Shown one piece after another: positions 1 through 12,852 of a DNA stretch of 64,000 nucleotides. Position 1 is the first letter of the stretch, and every line of letters begins with the position of its first letter. The notes beneath the pieces are model-generated. The model was given only the letters and a program-made list of their open reading frames with translations, was not told where the DNA came from and searched no databases. A program made the translations under genes and the position numbers. This DNA is from Alphaproteobacteria bacterium (GTDB lineage: Bacteria; Pseudomonadota; Alphaproteobacteria; SP197): assembly GCA_964291265.2 (NCBI GenBank), contig OZ219747.1, positions 2,944,001-3,008,000 on the forward strand. Reading direction: 5' to 3'.

Positions 1-2
1 GC

Positions 3-227
<225 letters not shown>

Positions 228-280
228 CGGTTGAAGCTGGTAACCCGGGGCCTCCGAAGCGACCCCAAGGACGAGCCGGA

Positions 281-2356
281 ATGACACGACGTCACGCAAT
301 AGAGCGCTATCGCAACATCGGCATCATGGCCCACATCGATGCCGGCAAGACGACCACGACCGAGCGCATCCTCTACTACACCGGCCGATCCCACAAGATC
401 GGTGAAGTCCATGAGGGCACGGCCACCATGGACTGGATGGAACAGGAACAGGAGCGTGGCATCACGATCACCTCCGCGGCCACCACGGCTCACTGGCGCG
501 ACCATCGAATCAACATCATCGACACTCCCGGTCACGTCGACTTCACCATCGAGGTCGAACGCAGCCTGCGTGTCCTGGATGGCGCCGTGGCGGTCTTCGA
601 TGCGGTCTCGGGCGTCGAACCACAGTCCGAAACCGTTTGGCGCCAGGCCGACAAGTACGGCGTGCCGCGCATCTGCTTCGTCAACAAGATGGACCGTGTC
701 GGCGCCGATTTCCTTCGATGCGTCGACATGATCGTCGAACGCTTCGGCGTCAGGCCGGTCGTGCTGCAGCTGCCCGTGGGCGCGGAAGCGGATTTCCGCG
801 GCGTCGTGGACCTCGTGACCATGAAGGCGGTGGTCTGGCACGACGATGTCAAGGGGGCGCGATTCGAGGAAATCGACATTCCTGCGGAGTTGCGCGCCGA
901 CGCCGAAGAGTGGCGTTCGAAACTCGTTGACGCGGTTGTCGAGCACGACAACGACGCCATGGAAGCCTATCTCGATGGCGCCGACCCCGACGCCGAGACC
1001 CTGGTGCGGTGTATCCGTGTCGGAACACTCGAGCGGACCTCGGTGCCGATTCTGCTCGGCAGCGCCTTCAAGAACAAGGGTGTCCAGCCACTGCTCGATG
1101 CCGTGACGTACTATCTGCCGTCACCCGTCGACGTGCCGCCCATTCGCGGCGTCGTGGAGAAGACCGGCGAGGAGGTCACACGTGAAAGCAGCGACGAGGC
1201 GCCGTTTGCTGCCCTCGCCTTCAAGGTGATGGCCGACAAGTACGTCGGCACGCTCACCTTCGCCCGTGTCTACTCGGGCGTCCTGAAGACCGGCGATCAA
1301 CTGTTCAATGCCGCGAAGGGAGTGCGCGGGCGGGCCGGACGCATGCTGCTCATGCACGCCAACAGCCGCGAGGACGTCAACGAGGCGCGCGCCGGCGACA
1401 TCGTCGCCCTGTGTGGCCTCAAGGGAGCCACCACCGGCGATACCATCTGTTCGCCCAGGGAGCCGGTGGTCCTCGAGCGCATGGAGTTTCCGGATCCCGT
1501 CATCGAGGTGGCGGTCGAGCCAAGGACACGCGCCGACCATGATCGCATGGGAATGGCGCTGACGAGGCTTGCCGACGAGGATCCCTCCTTCAGGGTGTCG
1601 ACCGACGAGGAATCGGCGCAGACTGTCATCAAGGGCATGGGTGAACTGCACCTCGAGATCATTGTCGACAGGATGCGCCGCGAGTTCAACGTCGAGGCCA
1701 CTATCGGCGCTCCCCAGGTCGCTTACCGCGAAACCCTCACGCGGCCCTTCGATGTCGACTACGTGCATCGCAAGCAGACCGGTGGCGCCGGCCAGTACGC
1801 CAGGGTCTGCATTCTCTTCGAGCCGGGCGACCCCGGTTCGGGTATCGAGTTTGTCAGCGAGATTGCCGGCGGCAACGTGCCGCGGGAGTATATCCCCTCG
1901 GTCAGGTCCGGAATCGAGAGGGCCGCCGTTTCGGGTGTCCTCGCGGGCTTTCCGATGACCGACTTCAGGGCGACACTCCATGATGGCGCTTTCCATGCCG
2001 TTGATTCCAGCGCCATGGCCTTCGAGGTGGCGGCCCGCGCGGCATTCCGCGAGGGCGCCCTGGCGGCGGGGCCGAGGCTTCTTGAACCGGTGATGCGGGT
2101 CGAGGTCGTGACACCCGAAGAGCACATGGGAGACATCATGGGCGACCTCAACAGCCGCCGGGGCCAGATCCAGGGACTCGAGCCCAGGGGCAATGCCCAG
2201 GTGGTACGGGCCCGGGTGCCGCTCGGCACCATGTTCGGCTATGTCAACGACCTGCGCTCCATGAGCCAGGGCCGAGCGACCTTCACCATGCATTTCAATT
2301 CCTATGAACCCGTGCCCGATCTGGTCTCGGAAGACCTGCGGGCCCACATCGCCTGA
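281..2356 (+). CDS. fusA: Elongation factor G
   Basis: [33 protein letters not shown] GTPase motifs; 691 aa. Confidence 0.99.
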   Translation: MTRRHAIERYRNIGIMAHIDAGKTTTTERILYYTGRSHKIGEVHEGTATMDWMEQEQERGITITSAATTAHWRDHRINIIDTPGHVDFTIEVERSLRVLDGAVAVFDAVSGVEPQSETVWRQADKYGVPRICFVNKMDRVGADFLRCVDMIVERFGVRPVVLQLPVGAEADFRGVVDLVTMKAVVWHDDVKGARFEEIDIPAELRADAEEWRSKLVDAVVEHDNDAMEAYLDGADPDAETLVRCIRVGTLERTSVPILLGSAFKNKGVQPLLDAVTYYLPSPVDVPPIRGVVEKTGEEVTRESSDEAPFAALAFKVMADKYVGTLTFARVYSGVLKTGDQLFNAAKGVRGRAGRMLLMHANSREDVNEARAGDIVALCGLKGATTGDTICSPREPVVLERMEFPDPVIEVAVEPRTRADHDRMGMALTRLADEDPSFRVSTDEESAQTVIKGMGELHLEIIVDRMRREFNVEATIGAPQVAYRETLTRPFDVDYVHRKQTGGAGQYARVCILFEPGDPGSGIEFVSEIAGGNVPREYIPSVRSGIERAAVSGVLAGFPMTDFRATLHDGAFHAVDSSAMAFEVAARAAFREGALAAGPRLLEPVMRVEVVTPEEHMGDIMGDLNSRRGQIQGLEPRGNAQVVRARVPLGTMFGYVNDLRSMSQGRATFTMHFNSYEPVPDLVSEDLRAHIA

Positions 2357-2394
2357 GCGCGAGTCACTTGACGAAGGACGAATGAGGCAACCTC

Positions 2395-3585
2395 ATGGCC
2401 AAGGAGAAGTTTGAGCGTACGAAGCCGCATGCGAACATTGGGACGATTGGGCATGTGGATCACGGCAAGACGACGCTGACGGCGGCGATCACGCGGATTC
2501 TGGCGCGCACGGGCGGTGCGACGTACACGGACTACGCGTCGATTGACAAGGCGCCGGAGGAGCGTGAGCGTGGCATCACGATCAACACGGCGCATGTGGA
2601 GTACGAGACGGAGGGCCGCCACTATGCGCATGTCGACTGTCCTGGTCATGCGGACTACGTGAAGAACATGATCACGGGTGCGGCGCAGATGGACGGGGCG
2701 ATTCTGGTGGTATCGGCGGCGGACGGTCCGATGCCCCAGACGCGCGAGCACATTCTTCTGGCGCGTCAGGTGGGTGTTCCTGCGATTGTGGTGTACCTCA
2801 ACAAGGTGGATCAGGTTGACGACGAGGAGCTTCTGGAGCTTGTGGAGCTTGAGGTTCGGGAGTTGCTGGACGAGTACCGGTTTCCTGGCGATGACATTCC
2901 TGTTGTGCGGGGTTCGGCCCTGGCGGCGATGGAGGATGGCGACGCGCAGACGGGTGAGCAGTCGGTTCTTGAGTTGATGGCGGCGGTAGATTCCTACATT
3001 CCGACGCCGGAGCGTGCTGTGGACCGTCCTTTTCTGATGCCGATTGAGGATGTGTTTTCGATTTCGGGGCGCGGCACGGTTGTGACGGGTCGTGTTGAGC
3101 AGGGTGTGGTGAAGGTTGGCGACGAGGTTGAGATCGTGGGTATTCGGGAGACGTCGAAGACGGTGTGCACGGGAGTGGAGATGTTCCGCAAGTTGCTGGA
3201 TTCCGGCGAGGCGGGGGACAACATCGGGGTCCTTCTGCGTGGTACGAAGCGCGATGATGTGGAGCGCGGCCAGGTTCTGGCGCGTCCTGGGACGATCACG
3301 CCGCACACGCGCTTCAAGGCGGAGACCTACGTGTTGACGAAGGATGAGGGAGGTCGTCACACGCCGTTTTTCACCAACTACCGTCCGCAGTTCTTTTTCC
3401 GGACGACGGACGTGACGGGTCACGTGCAGCTGCCCGAGGGGATCGAGATGGTGATGCCGGGGGACAACGTGACGATGGATGTGGAACTGATTTCGCCGAT
3501 TGCCATGGACGAAGGCCTGCGTTTTGCCATCCGCGAGGGTGGCCGCACCGTCGGCGCCGGCGTCGTCGCCGAAATCGTCGACTAG
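2395..3585 (+). CDS. tuf: Elongation factor Tu
   Basis: [36 protein letters not shown]; 396 aa. Confidence 0.99.
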   Translation: MAKEKFERTKPHANIGTIGHVDHGKTTLTAAITRILARTGGATYTDYASIDKAPEERERGITINTAHVEYETEGRHYAHVDCPGHADYVKNMITGAAQMDGAILVVSAADGPMPQTREHILLARQVGVPAIVVYLNKVDQVDDEELLELVELEVRELLDEYRFPGDDIPVVRGSALAAMEDGDAQTGEQSVLELMAAVDSYIPTPERAVDRPFLMPIEDVFSISGRGTVVTGRVEQGVVKVGDEVEIVGIRETSKTVCTGVEMFRKLLDSGEAGDNIGVLLRGTKRDDVERGQVLARPGTITPHTRFKAETYVLTKDEGGRHTPFFTNYRPQFFFRTTDVTGHVQLPEGIEMVMPGDNVTMDVELISPIAMDEGLRFAIREGGRTVGAGVVAEIVD

Positions 3586-3610
3586 AGCAAGAGGCGAGGG
3601 GGCGAAGGCC

Positions 3611-3919
3611 ATGGCAGGACAGAACATCAGGATCAGACTCAGGGCCTTCGATCATCGCCTGCTCGACCAGTCGACCAGCGAAATCGTCTCCACGGCTCGG
3701 CGCACCGGCGCCAGGGTCAAGGGTCCCATTCCACTGCCGACACGGATCGAGAAGTTCACCGTCCTGAGAGGTCCCCATATCGACAAGGAATCACGCGAGC
3801 AGTTCGAGATCCGCACCCACAAACGTCTTATCGACATCGTCGAGCCGACCCCGCAGACCGTCGACGCACTCATGAAGCTCGATCTCGCGGCTGGTGTCGA
3901 TGTCGAGATCAAGCTGTGA
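3611..3919 (+). CDS. rpsJ: 30S ribosomal protein S10
   Basis: [14 protein letters not shown]...GPIPLPT...HKRLIDI; ATG at 3611. Confidence 0.98.
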   Translation: MAGQNIRIRLRAFDHRLLDQSTSEIVSTARRTGARVKGPIPLPTRIEKFTVLRGPHIDKESREQFEIRTHKRLIDIVEPTPQTVDALMKLDLAAGVDVEIKL

Positions 3920-3929
3920 GGCCCCGGCC

Positions 3930-4631
3930 ATGCGTTGCGGCATGATCGCCAGAAAGCTCGGAATGAGCAGGATCTTCACCGGAGACGGCGGGCATATCCC
4001 GGTCACCGTTCTCGAGGTTGGTGCGAACCGAGTCGTTGCCCGGCGTTCCGTTGAACGTGACGGGTACACGGCCCTGCAGATCGGCGCGGAAGAGGCGAAG
4101 GTCCGCCACCTGAACCGGCCTCGCCGGGGACACTTCGCCGCAGCCGGCAGCGAACCGTTGCGCAAGCTCGTCGAGTTCCGCGTCAGCGACGAGGCCATGT
4201 TGCCGGTAGGGGCGACACTGTCGGTCGATCACTTCGTGCCCGGTCAGAAGGTCGATGTGACGGGTGTCACCCGTGGCCGCGGTTTTGCCGGCGCCATGAA
4301 GCGACACAATTTCGGCGGCATGCGCGCCACCCATGGCGTGTCGGTTTCCCATCGCGCCCACGGTTCCACGGGCAACAGCCAGGATCCGGGTCGTGTGTGG
4401 AAGGGCAAGAAGATGGCCGGACATATGGGAGACGTGAGGGTCACGGTGCAGAATCTCGAGATCGTCTCGACCGATGCCGGCAAGGGTCTCATCATGGTGA
4501 AGGGTGCCGTACCGGGTGCGCCTTCGGGATGGGTCCTGATTCGCGATGCGGTGAAAGCTCCGCCTGGAGACGATGTGCCCTTCCCCGGCGCCCTTGTCGG
4601 CGATGACGATCAGCCGGACGAACCGTCATGA
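3930..4631 (+). CDS. rplC: 50S ribosomal protein L3
   Basis: [36 protein letters not shown]. Confidence 0.97.
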   Translation: MRCGMIARKLGMSRIFTGDGGHIPVTVLEVGANRVVARRSVERDGYTALQIGAEEAKVRHLNRPRRGHFAAAGSEPLRKLVEFRVSDEAMLPVGATLSVDHFVPGQKVDVTGVTRGRGFAGAMKRHNFGGMRATHGVSVSHRAHGSTGNSQDPGRVWKGKKMAGHMGDVRVTVQNLEIVSTDAGKGLIMVKGAVPGAPSGWVLIRDAVKAPPGDDVPFPGALVGDDDQPDEPS

Positions 4632-5248
4632 AGATCGACCTGCTTTCCTTTGAAGGCGCAGCCGGGGGCGATGTCGAATTGCCCGAGGAGGTGTTCAGCC
4701 TTCCCGTCAGGCCGGACATTCTTGCCCGCGTCGTGCGCTGGCAACTGGCCAGGCGGCGCCAGGGCACGCACATGACGAGGACGACCGGGGAGGTGACGGG
4801 GACCACGGCCAAGTTCCGCCGCCAGAAGGGCGGCGGCACCGCCCGCCATGGCAGCCGCAAGACGAACATCTTCCGTGGCGGCGCCGTGGCCCACGGGCCT
4901 CGTCCCCGCAGCCATGCCCACGCGTTGCCCCGGCGTATCCGCGTCCTGGGACTGAAGACGGCGCTCTCCCTCAAGGTCGAGGAGGGCAAGCTGATCGTGG
5001 TCGACAGCACCCGGCTCAGCGAGGCGAAGACCGGCCATCTGAGGTCCCGCCTGCAGGAGATGGGCATCAGCAATGCGCTCGTCGTCGATGGCAGTGACGT
5101 TGACTCCGGATTCCGGCGTGCCGCCTCGAACATTCCCGGGATCGACGTGTTGCCTTCACGCGGCATCAACGTCCATGACATCCTGCGCCACGACACGCTG
5201 GTCCTGACGACCGATGCCGTGGCGGCGCTGAAGGAACGCCTCCAATGA
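4628..5248 (+). CDS. rplD: 50S ribosomal protein L4
   Basis: [26 protein letters not shown]; operon position. Confidence 0.97.
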   Translation: MKIDLLSFEGAAGGDVELPEEVFSLPVRPDILARVVRWQLARRRQGTHMTRTTGEVTGTTAKFRRQKGGGTARHGSRKTNIFRGGAVAHGPRPRSHAHALPRRIRVLGLKTALSLKVEEGKLIVVDSTRLSEAKTGHLRSRLQEMGISNALVVDGSDVDSGFRRAASNIPGIDVLPSRGINVHDILRHDTLVLTTDAVAALKERLQ

Positions 5249-5538
5249 CGCCAGAGAAATGCTACGACATCATTCGCCGACCGGTCATCACGGAAAAGTC
5301 GATGCGGGGCGCCGAATGGAACCAGATCACCTTCCAGGTGGACCGCAGGGCGACCAAGAAGGACATCCGCCAGGCCGTCGAGACCGTCTTCGGCGTGACG
5401 GTCAAGGCAGTGAACACCATGAACCAGCCGGGCAAGGTCAAGAGATTTCGTGGCCACCTGGGCCGTCGCAATGCCGTCAAGAAGGCGGTGGTGACGCTGG
5501 CCGAGGGCGACCGGATTGACGTGACCGGAACACTTTGA
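5245..5538 (+). CDS. rplW: 50S ribosomal protein L23
   Basis: RPVITEKS...AVETVFGV...KKAVVTL. Confidence 0.97.
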   Translation: MTPEKCYDIIRRPVITEKSMRGAEWNQITFQVDRRATKKDIRQAVETVFGVTVKAVNTMNQPGKVKRFRGHLGRRNAVKKAVVTLAEGDRIDVTGTL

Positions 5539-5540
5539 CC

Positions 5541-6374
5541 ATGGCTCTCAGACCCCAGAAACCCGTGACACCGGGCCGACGCGGCCTCGTCCAGGTCGAT
5601 CGCCGCCATCTTCACAAGGGTGCGCCGGTCAAGGAACTGACAGAGGGGCTCAACCGCAAGGGCGGACGCAACGTTCACGGTCGCATCATGACCCGCCGGC
5701 GCGGCGGCGGGCACAAGCGCCGGTATCGCAAGGTCGACTTCCGTCGTGCGCGATTCGATGTTCCGGCGACGGTCGAACGCCTGGAATACGATCCCAATCG
5801 GTCCGCCCACATCGCCCTCGTGCGCTACGAGGACGGCGAACAGTCCTACATTCTCGCTCCCCAGCGCCTGGCAGCCGGTGATCGCGTGGTGTCGGGTGCG
5901 CGGGTGGACATCCAGCCCGGCAACGCGATGCCGCTGCAGAACATTCCGGTGGGTACCGTGGTGCACAACATCGAACTCAAGGCCGGAGCCGGCGGCAGGA
6001 TTGCCCGTTCGGCCGGCGCCTATGCCCAGCTCGTCGGCAAGGACCAGGGATACGCCCAGCTCCGTCTCAAGTCCGGCGAGATGCGCGTGGTGCGCGGCGA
6101 GTGCATGGCCACCATCGGTGCGGTCTCCAATCCCGAACACCAGAATCGCAAGCTCGGCAAGGCCGGCCGGTCGCGCTGGCTTGGCAAGAGGCCCTCGGTG
6201 CGTGGTGTCGTGATGAATCCGGTGGATCATCCCCATGGCGGCGGCGAGGGGCGTACGAGTGGCGGCCGTCATCCCGTGACGCCGTGGGGCAAGCCGACCA
6301 AGGGTGCGCGCACGCGTTCGAAGAAGGCCAGCGACAAGCTGATCATCGCCCGTCGCCACCGCAGAAAACGCTAG
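5541..6374 (+). CDS. rplB: 50S ribosomal protein L2
   Basis: [29 protein letters not shown]. Confidence 0.98.
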   Translation: MALRPQKPVTPGRRGLVQVDRRHLHKGAPVKELTEGLNRKGGRNVHGRIMTRRRGGGHKRRYRKVDFRRARFDVPATVERLEYDPNRSAHIALVRYEDGEQSYILAPQRLAAGDRVVSGARVDIQPGNAMPLQNIPVGTVVHNIELKAGAGGRIARSAGAYAQLVGKDQGYAQLRLKSGEMRVVRGECMATIGAVSNPEHQNRKLGKAGRSRWLGKRPSVRGVVMNPVDHPHGGGEGRTSGGRHPVTPWGKPTKGARTRSKKASDKLIIARRHRRKR

Positions 6375-6384
6375 GAGATCCGAC

Positions 6385-6663
6385 GTGACCCGATCTGTCT
6401 GGAAAGGCCCCTTCGTGGATGGCTATCTGCTCAAGAAGGCCGAGGCCGTGCGCGAGTCCGGGCGCAAGGAAGTCATCAGGACCTGGTCCCGGCGTTCGAC
6501 CATCGTGCCGCAGTTCGTGGGTCTCACCTTCGGCGTCTACAACGGCCGCCGGCACATTCCGGTGCTGGTGACGGAAAACATGGTGGGCCACAAGTTCGGC
6601 GAGTTCTCGCCGACCAGGACCTATCACGGACATGCTGCCGACAAGAAGGCACGGAGAGGCTGA
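6385..6663 (+). CDS. rpsS: 30S ribosomal protein S19
   Basis: [23 protein letters not shown]. Confidence 0.98.
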   Translation: MTRSVWKGPFVDGYLLKKAEAVRESGRKEVIRTWSRRSTIVPQFVGLTFGVYNGRRHIPVLVTENMVGHKFGEFSPTRTYHGHAADKKARRG

Positions 6664-6667
6664 CGCC

Positions 6668-7051
6668 ATGGCAAGACGGCACTCACCGCTCGATCCGCAT
6701 GAGGACAGGGTGCACACCCGGGCCCGTTCCCTGCGGGTCAGCCCGCGCAAGCTCAACGAGGTGGTGGCGCCGATCAGGGGCAAATCCCTTGATGGGGCGC
6801 TCAATGAACTGCTGTATTCCCGCCGCCGTATCGCCGGCGATGTACGCAAGGTGCTGCTGTCGGCCATGGCGAACGCGGAAAACAATCACGGCCTCGATGT
6901 CGACCGTCTGGTCGTCAGCGAGGCCACCGTGGGCCCGGGACTGAAGATGCGCCGATTCCGGCCCGCCGGCCGTGGCCGCGTTCACCCCTATCGCAAGTCG
7001 TTCTCGAATCTGGAGATCGTGCTGTGCGAGACCCAGGAAGGTAAGGACTGA
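6668..7051 (+). CDS. rplV: 50S ribosomal protein L22
   Basis: [26 protein letters not shown]. Confidence 0.96.
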   Translation: MARRHSPLDPHEDRVHTRARSLRVSPRKLNEVVAPIRGKSLDGALNELLYSRRRIAGDVRKVLLSAMANAENNHGLDVDRLVVSEATVGPGLKMRRFRPAGRGRVHPYRKSFSNLEIVLCETQEGKD

Positions 7052-7052
7052 T

Positions 7053-7742
7053 ATGGGACACAAGGTCAATCCCGTCGGCCTGCGCCTCGGCATCAACCGA
7101 ACGTGGGATTCGCGTTGGTATGCCAGTGGCGCGGACTATGCCCGCATGCTGCACGAGGACCTGGCCATACGCCGCCTGGTGCGCAGCCAGTTGTCGCAGG
7201 CGGGCATCTCGAAGATCGTCGTCGAACGCCAGGCATCCAGGGTGCGGGTGCTGATCCATACGGCCAGGCCCGGCGTCGTCATCGGCACGCGCGGCAAGGG
7301 AATCAAGTCGCTGAGCGAGAGTCTCCAGGCGCTCACCAAAGCGACCGTCGCCGTGAACATCGTCGAGATCCGCAAGCCCGAGGTGGATGCCTACCTGATT
7401 GCCGAGAACATCGCTCAGCAGCTGGAACGGCGTGTTTCGTTCCGCCGCGCCATGAAGCGCGCCGTGCAGTCTGCCATGCGGCTGGGAGCGGAAGGCATTC
7501 GAATCAACGTCGAAGGACGCCTTGGCGGCGCCGAGATTGCCCGTGCGGAATGGTATCGGGAGGGCAGGGTGCCGCTCCATACCCTGCGGGCCGATATCGA
7601 TTTCGGCCGGGTCACGGCCAAGACCGCCTACGGAACACTCGGGGTCAAGGCCTGGGTCTTCAAGGGCGAGGTGTTCACCCACGATCCAGGGGCCCACGAG
7701 CGCCGTGAGACGGAGCTTCACGGCACCCAGGCGAGGATGTAA
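7053..7742 (+). CDS. rpsC: 30S ribosomal protein S3
   Basis: [27 protein letters not shown]. Confidence 0.98.
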   Translation: MGHKVNPVGLRLGINRTWDSRWYASGADYARMLHEDLAIRRLVRSQLSQAGISKIVVERQASRVRVLIHTARPGVVIGTRGKGIKSLSESLQALTKATVAVNIVEIRKPEVDAYLIAENIAQQLERRVSFRRAMKRAVQSAMRLGAEGIRINVEGRLGGAEIARAEWYREGRVPLHTLRADIDFGRVTAKTAYGTLGVKAWVFKGEVFTHDPGAHERRETELHGTQARM

Positions 7743-7747
7743 CGGTC

Positions 7748-8170
7748 ATGCTGTCTCCGAAGAGGACGCGCTACCGCAAGGCGCACAAGGGTCGCATTCA
7801 CGGCCACGCAAAGGGGTACACCAGCCTCAACTTCGGCGCCTACGGCATGAAGGCCCAGGCCGCCGGGCGCATCACGGCGCGCCAGATCGAGGCGTCCAGG
7901 CGCGCCATCACCCGCTATATGAAACGCGCCGGGCGTGTCTGGGTCACCGTGTTCCCCGACGTTCCGGTGTCCACCAAGCCGGCCGAGGTCCGCATGGGCA
8001 AGGGCAAAGGTTCACCGGAGTACTGGATGTGCCGGGTGAAGCCGGGCCGCGTGATGTTCGAACTCGATGGGGTCGACGAAACGACGGCGCGCGAAGCCAT
8101 CAGGCTGGGTGCGGCGAAGCTGCCGATACCGGTGCGCTTCATCCAGCGCCATTCCGGAGGCCCGGCATGA
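7748..8170 (+). CDS. rplP: 50S ribosomal protein L16
   Basis: [23 protein letters not shown]. Confidence 0.98.
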   Translation: MLSPKRTRYRKAHKGRIHGHAKGYTSLNFGAYGMKAQAAGRITARQIEASRRAITRYMKRAGRVWVTVFPDVPVSTKPAEVRMGKGKGSPEYWMCRVKPGRVMFELDGVDETTAREAIRLGAAKLPIPVRFIQRHSGGPA

Positions 8171-8373
8171 AGGCGGTCGACATCAGGGCCATGAGTGCCG
8201 ACGAGAGGAAGGAGCAGCTGTTGTCGCTGAAGAAGGAACTCTTCAACCTGCGCTTCCAGCAAGCCAACGGGCGCGAGGGAAACACGGCGCGTGTCCGGCA
8301 GGTCCGCCGCGACATCGCCCGCATCATGACTGTTGAAGAGCTGTCCCGGATCGACCTTGAGGGAGGAACGTGA
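8167..8373 (+). CDS. rpmC: 50S ribosomal protein L29
   Basis: [11 protein letters not shown]...[10 protein letters not shown]; ATGA overlap with rplP. Confidence 0.96.
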   Translation: MKAVDIRAMSADERKEQLLSLKKELFNLRFQQANGREGNTARVRQVRRDIARIMTVEELSRIDLEGGT

Positions 8374-8376
8374 GCC

Positions 8377-8613
8377 ATGTCGCGACGCACGATGCAGGGA
8401 GTGGTGACAGGGAAGTCCGGTGACAAGACCGTCGTGGTCCGGGTCGACCGGCTGATGAAGCATCCGCTCTACAAGAAGACAATCCGTCGCTCCAAGCGCT
8501 ATCACGTGCACGACGAGACCAACGGGCTCCAGGTCGGTGACAAGGTCCGCATCGGTGAGAGCCGTCCGCTGTCCAGGCTGAAGCGATGGACGGTTCTCGA
8601 GCCCGCCGTCTGA
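8377..8613 (+). CDS. rpsQ: 30S ribosomal protein S17
   Basis: [24 protein letters not shown]. Confidence 0.97.
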   Translation: MSRRTMQGVVTGKSGDKTVVVRVDRLMKHPLYKKTIRRSKRYHVHDETNGLQVGDKVRIGESRPLSRLKRWTVLEPAV

Positions 8614-8641
8614 CCGGCGCGCCTGTTGGGAGAAGTGAGCG

Positions 8642-9025
8642 ATGATCCAGGCTGAAACCAATCTCTTCGTGGCCGACAATTCCGGTGCGAGACGCGTGCA
8701 GTGCATCAAGGTGCTCGGTGGTTCGAAACGAAAGACCGCGAGTGTCGGTGACATCATCGTCGTCACGGTGAAGGACGCCGATCCCCAGTCACCTGACCGC
8801 AGCGCCAAGATCAGGAAGGGTGATGTGGCCCGCGCCGTGATCGTGCGCACCGCCAAGGAAATTCGACGCCCGGACGGCAGCGCCCTGCGCTTCGACCGCA
8901 ACGCGGCGGTGATCATCAACCGGCAGAACGAACCGGTGGGCACCCGCATCTTCGGCCCGGTCACGCGCGAACTGCGTTCCCGCAATTTCATGAAGATCAT
9001 CTCTCTGGCACCCGAGGTGCTCTGA
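8642..9025 (+). CDS. rplN: 50S ribosomal protein L14
   Basis: [33 protein letters not shown]. Confidence 0.98.
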   Translation: MIQAETNLFVADNSGARRVQCIKVLGGSKRKTASVGDIIVVTVKDADPQSPDRSAKIRKGDVARAVIVRTAKEIRRPDGSALRFDRNAAVIINRQNEPVGTRIFGPVTRELRSRNFMKIISLAPEVL

Positions 9026-9342
9026 TGGCTGCAAGGATCAAGCACGGAGATCGCGTGATCGTGCTCACCGGCCGCGACCGGGGTCGGCAGGGCGATGTCC
9101 TCAAGGTCCTGTCACGCGAGGGCCGGGCCATCGTGTCCGGCGTCAATCTGGCGCGGCGCCACACCAGACCGACGGCGCAGGACCCGGGCGGCATCATCAC
9201 CAAGGAACTCGCGATCGATCTTTCCAACCTGGCGGTGGCCGACCCCGTCGACGGCCGGCCGACTCGTGTCGGATTCCGCACCCTGGACGATGGCCGCAAG
9301 GTTCGCGTGGCCAAACGTTCCGGCGAGGTGATTGACGGATGA
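9025..9342 (+). CDS. rplX: 50S ribosomal protein L24
   Basis: KOW motif [13 protein letters not shown]; [14 protein letters not shown]. Confidence 0.97.
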   Translation: MAARIKHGDRVIVLTGRDRGRQGDVLKVLSREGRAIVSGVNLARRHTRPTAQDPGGIITKELAIDLSNLAVADPVDGRPTRVGFRTLDDGRKVRVAKRSGEVIDG

Positions 9343-9905
9343 CGGAGAAGAGTGCCATGACCGTGCCGCGTCTCAAGGCGATGTACAACGACACCATCCG
9401 TCCGGCGCTGATGGAGACGTTCGGTTACGCGAACATCCACGCCGTTCCCCGGCTTGACAAGATCGTCCTCAACATGGGAGTGGGCGATGCCGTGCAGGAC
9501 TCGCGGCAGGCGGAGGCCGCCGCCGGGGAACTGACGTTGATTGCCGGGCAGAAGGCGGTCGTCACAAGGGCCTCGCGTTCGGTATCGAACTTCAAGCTGA
9601 GGGAAGGCATGCCTGTCGGGGCGCGGGTCACGCTGCGTGGACGCCGCATGTTCGAGTTCCTCGACCGTCTCGTCACCATCGCCCTGCCCAGGGTTCGCGA
9701 CTTTCGCGGCGTCAGTTCGAAGAGTTTCGATGGCAGGGGCAACTTCGCCATGGGCCTGAAGGAGCAGATCGTGTTTCCGGAGATCGACTATGACCGGGTC
9801 AGCCGCATTCGCGGGCTCGACATTGTCATCTGCACCACAGCCAGGACCAACGATGAGGCCTGGCACTTGCTTGACGGTTTCCGCATGCCATTCACCAGAA
9901 CGTGA
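9339..9905 (+). CDS. rplE: 50S ribosomal protein L5
   Basis: [30 protein letters not shown]. Confidence 0.98.
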   Translation: MTEKSAMTVPRLKAMYNDTIRPALMETFGYANIHAVPRLDKIVLNMGVGDAVQDSRQAEAAAGELTLIAGQKAVVTRASRSVSNFKLREGMPVGARVTLRGRRMFEFLDRLVTIALPRVRDFRGVSSKSFDGRGNFAMGLKEQIVFPEIDYDRVSRIRGLDIVICTTARTNDEAWHLLDGFRMPFTRT

Positions 9906-9942
9906 ACAGTCTGTCGAGGACATTCCCGGAGAGAGGACGATC

Positions 9943-10248
9943 ATGGCAAAGAAGAGCGCCATCGAGAGAAACAAGCGGCGAAAGAAGCTCGTCGCCCGCT
10001 TCGCCGGTCGGCGGGCTGCACTCCTCGCCGAGGCGAAGTCGCAGGACCTTCCCGTGGAGGAGCGATTCCAGGCGAGGCTCAAGCTCGCCAAGCTGCCGCG
10101 CAATTCGTCGAAGGTCAGGGTACGCAACCGGTGCGCCGTGACCGGCAGGTCGCGCGGCTACCACCGCCGGTTCGACATGTCCCGGGTGATGCTGCGCGAA
10201 CTGGCCTCCGATGGCCTGATTCCCGGCATGGTCAAGTCAAGCTGGTGA
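9943..10248 (+). CDS. rpsN: 30S ribosomal protein S14 (long, non-Zn form)
   Basis: MAKKS...LPRNSS...[12 protein letters not shown]...IPGMVKSSW; 101 aa. Confidence 0.97.
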   Translation: MAKKSAIERNKRRKKLVARFAGRRAALLAEAKSQDLPVEERFQARLKLAKLPRNSSKVRVRNRCAVTGRSRGYHRRFDMSRVMLRELASDGLIPGMVKSSW

Positions 10249-10267
10249 GCGAGGTGAGACAAGTGTC

Positions 10268-10666
10268 ATGACGATGACCGATCCTCTGGGCGATATGCTG
10301 GCCCGCATCCGGAACGGGCATATGCGCGGAAAGACGCGCATCAATTGCCCGGCGTCGAAGCTCAAGGAAAACGTGCTCGGCGTCCTCAAGCGCGAGGGTT
10401 ACATACGCGACTGGCGCCGCACCAGCGAGATGCCGTCGCGTCCCGAACTCGTGATCGAGCTCAAGTACTACGAAGGCGAACCGGTAATCCGCGAGATTGG
10501 CAGGGTTTCCACGCCCGGACGCAGGATCTACACAGGTGTGAGGGGCATGCCCAGCGTCTATGGCGGTCTGGGCATCACCATCATGTCGACACCCAGGGGC
10601 GTGATGACCGACGACGAGGCGCGGGCCGCCAATGTGGGCGGCGAAGTGCTCTGCCGCATCTTCTGA
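10268..10666 (+). CDS. rpsH: 30S ribosomal protein S8
   Basis: DPLGDMLARIRN, STPRGVMTD, GGEVLC. Confidence 0.98.
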   Translation: MTMTDPLGDMLARIRNGHMRGKTRINCPASKLKENVLGVLKREGYIRDWRRTSEMPSRPELVIELKYYEGEPVIREIGRVSTPGRRIYTGVRGMPSVYGGLGITIMSTPRGVMTDDEARAANVGGEVLCRIF

Positions 10667-10688
10667 CGCCGGGGAGGAGAAGGAAACC

Positions 10689-11222
10689 ATGTCCCGCATC
10701 GGAAAGAACGCGATCGCCGTGCCCGAGGGAGTGGCCGTCACCGTTGGCGAGTCCTCGATCGAGGTCTCCGGAGCAAGGGGAGCGCTCACCCAGCCCTTCC
10801 TCCCCGAGGTGTCCGTGACTCTGGAGGGGGGCATGCTGGCGGTGACACCGAATTCGTCATCGCGACAGGCAACGGCCCTGTGGGGCACCACGCGCTCCAA
10901 CATCCAGTCCATGGTGACCGGGGTCACCTCGGGCTTCCGCCGCACCCTCGAACTCCAGGGTGTTGGCTACCGGGCACAGAGCCAGGGAGGGACGCTGCGA
11001 CTCCAGGTCGGTTACAGCCACGACATCGAGGTTCCGGTTCCCGATGGCCTCGACGTCGAGTGTCCGAACCAGCAGCAGATCGTCATCAGCGGCATCGACA
11101 AGCAACGCGTCGGTCAGTTCGCCTCCGAGATCAGGCGTCTGCGGCCACCGGAGCCTTACAAGGGCAAGGGAATTCGCTACAGCGGCGAGGTCGTGTTGCG
11201 CAAGGAAGGCAAGAAGAAATAG
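10689..11222 (+). CDS. rplF: 50S ribosomal protein L6
   Basis: [19 protein letters not shown]. Confidence 0.98.
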   Translation: MSRIGKNAIAVPEGVAVTVGESSIEVSGARGALTQPFLPEVSVTLEGGMLAVTPNSSSRQATALWGTTRSNIQSMVTGVTSGFRRTLELQGVGYRAQSQGGTLRLQVGYSHDIEVPVPDGLDVECPNQQQIVISGIDKQRVGQFASEIRRLRPPEPYKGKGIRYSGEVVLRKEGKKK

Positions 11223-11230
11223 GGGCGGCC

Positions 11231-11593
11231 ATGAAGACGTCAAGGGAATTCCAGGCGCGCCGCCGGGCGCGTGCACGTCTCAAGCTGAAGGCACGGGCTG
11301 CCGGTCGGCCGCGGCTCTCTGTCTTCCGCTCGTCACGGAACATCTATGCGCAGGTCATCGAGGACGGCGCCGGGACCACCCTGGCTTCGGCGTCCAGCAT
11401 CGACAGCGGGATCAGGAGCGAGGTCGCGAACGGCGCCACCATCGAGGCGGCGTCGCGTATCGGCAGGCTCATCGCCGAACGCGCCATCGCCGCCGGTGTC
11501 ACCGAGGTGGTCTTTGACAGGGGAGGCTATCGCTATCATGGCCGCGTCAAGGCGCTCGCCGATGCCGCCCGTGAAGGCGGTCTCAAACTCTAG
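11231..11593 (+). CDS. rplR: 50S ribosomal protein L18
   Basis: [31 protein letters not shown]. Confidence 0.98.
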   Translation: MKTSREFQARRRARARLKLKARAAGRPRLSVFRSSRNIYAQVIEDGAGTTLASASSIDSGIRSEVANGATIEAASRIGRLIAERAIAAGVTEVVFDRGGYRYHGRVKALADAAREGGLKL

Positions 11594-11619
11594 AACGCGT
11601 TCTTGGAAGGAACAGGGCA

Positions 11620-12171
11620 ATGGCATCATCGGGTCGTGAACGGGGCGGCGGGCGCCGCGGCAGCGGTGACAACCGCGAGGGAAGCGAGTTTCTCGAGAAA
11701 CTCGTCAGCATCAACCGTGTCGCCAAGGTCGTCAAGGGCGGCCGGCGCTTCGGGTTTGCCGCACTCGTGGTTGTCGGCGACCAGAAGGGCCGCGCCGGTC
11801 ATGGCGCCGGCAAGGCGCGTGAAGTGCCTGAGGCCATCCGCAAGGCGACCGAACAGGCACGCCGCAACATGGTCCGGGTGCCGTTGCGGGAAGGACGCAC
11901 CCTGCATCATGACGTGACCGGACGCTATGGCGCCGGACGCGTGGTCCTGCGTTCCGCACCGCCCGGTACCGGCGTCATCGCCGGTGGACCGATGCGGGCC
12001 GTCTTCGAGGCGCTCGGCGCCCAGGACGTCGTCTGCAAGTCGACCGGCAGCGCCAATCCCCACAACATGGTCAAGGCGACCTTCGATGCGCTGGCGCGGA
12101 CGATGTCACCTCGCCAGGTGGCCGCCAAGCGCAACAAGCCGAATCGCCCGATCCAGGAGTCGAGGGCCTGA
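11620..12171 (+). CDS. rpsE: 30S ribosomal protein S5
   Basis: [23 protein letters not shown]. Confidence 0.98.
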   Translation: MASSGRERGGGRRGSGDNREGSEFLEKLVSINRVAKVVKGGRRFGFAALVVVGDQKGRAGHGAGKAREVPEAIRKATEQARRNMVRVPLREGRTLHHDVTGRYGAGRVVLRSAPPGTGVIAGGPMRAVFEALGAQDVVCKSTGSANPHNMVKATFDALARTMSPRQVAAKRNKPNRPIQESRA

Positions 12172-12383
12172 TGAACAAGGCAGGAACCGGACGCATCAGG
12201 GTCACGCAGACGGGCAGCCCCATCGGCCGCCCGTCGGACCAGCGCCGGACACTCGTCGGCCTGGGCCTGGGGCGCATGTCGAGAACGCGCATCCTCGAGG
12301 ACACGCCGGCTGTGCGCGGCATGCTGAGAAAAGTGCATCACCTTGTGGACTGGGAAGAGATCGGCGGGGACTCCGGCTCATGA
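12171..12383 (+). CDS. rpmD: 50S ribosomal protein L30
   Basis: [21 protein letters not shown]. Confidence 0.96.
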   Translation: MNKAGTGRIRVTQTGSPIGRPSDQRRTLVGLGLGRMSRTRILEDTPAVRGMLRKVHHLVDWEEIGGDSGS

Positions 12384-12841
12384 AACTCAACGAGATCCGT
12401 GACAATCACGGCGCCACCCATGCGCGCAGGCGTCGCGGGCGTGGCATCGGCAGTGGTCTGGGCAAGACAGGCGGGCGTGGCCACAAGGGCCAGAAGTCGC
12501 GGTCCGGTGTCGCTCTGGCCACCTTCGAGGGCGGCCAGATGCCGATCTACAGGCGCCTTCCCATGCGCGGGTTCACGAACCCGTCGCGCAGGCGCTATGC
12601 CGAGGTGACGCTGGAGCGTCTGCAGCGGGCCATCGATTCGGGCAGGCTCGACGCCAGCCAGGCCATCACCGGGGAAACCCTGCGCGAGGCCGGGGTCATC
12701 AGGCGGCTTCGCGACGGCGTCAGTCTCCTGGGTTCTGGTGATCTTGCGGCACGCATCGAGATCACGGTTGCCCGGGTCACGAAATCGGCACGTCGGCAGA
12801 TCGAGGAACGGGGCGGCACCGTCAACGTGACCGCCGGCTGA
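12380..12841 (+). CDS. rplO: 50S ribosomal protein L15
   Basis: [31 protein letters not shown]. Confidence 0.98.
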   Translation: MKLNEIRDNHGATHARRRRGRGIGSGLGKTGGRGHKGQKSRSGVALATFEGGQMPIYRRLPMRGFTNPSRRRYAEVTLERLQRAIDSGRLDASQAITGETLREAGVIRRLRDGVSLLGSGDLAARIEITVARVTKSARRQIEERGGTVNVTAG

Positions 12842-12852
12842 CGGCCAGGGAC

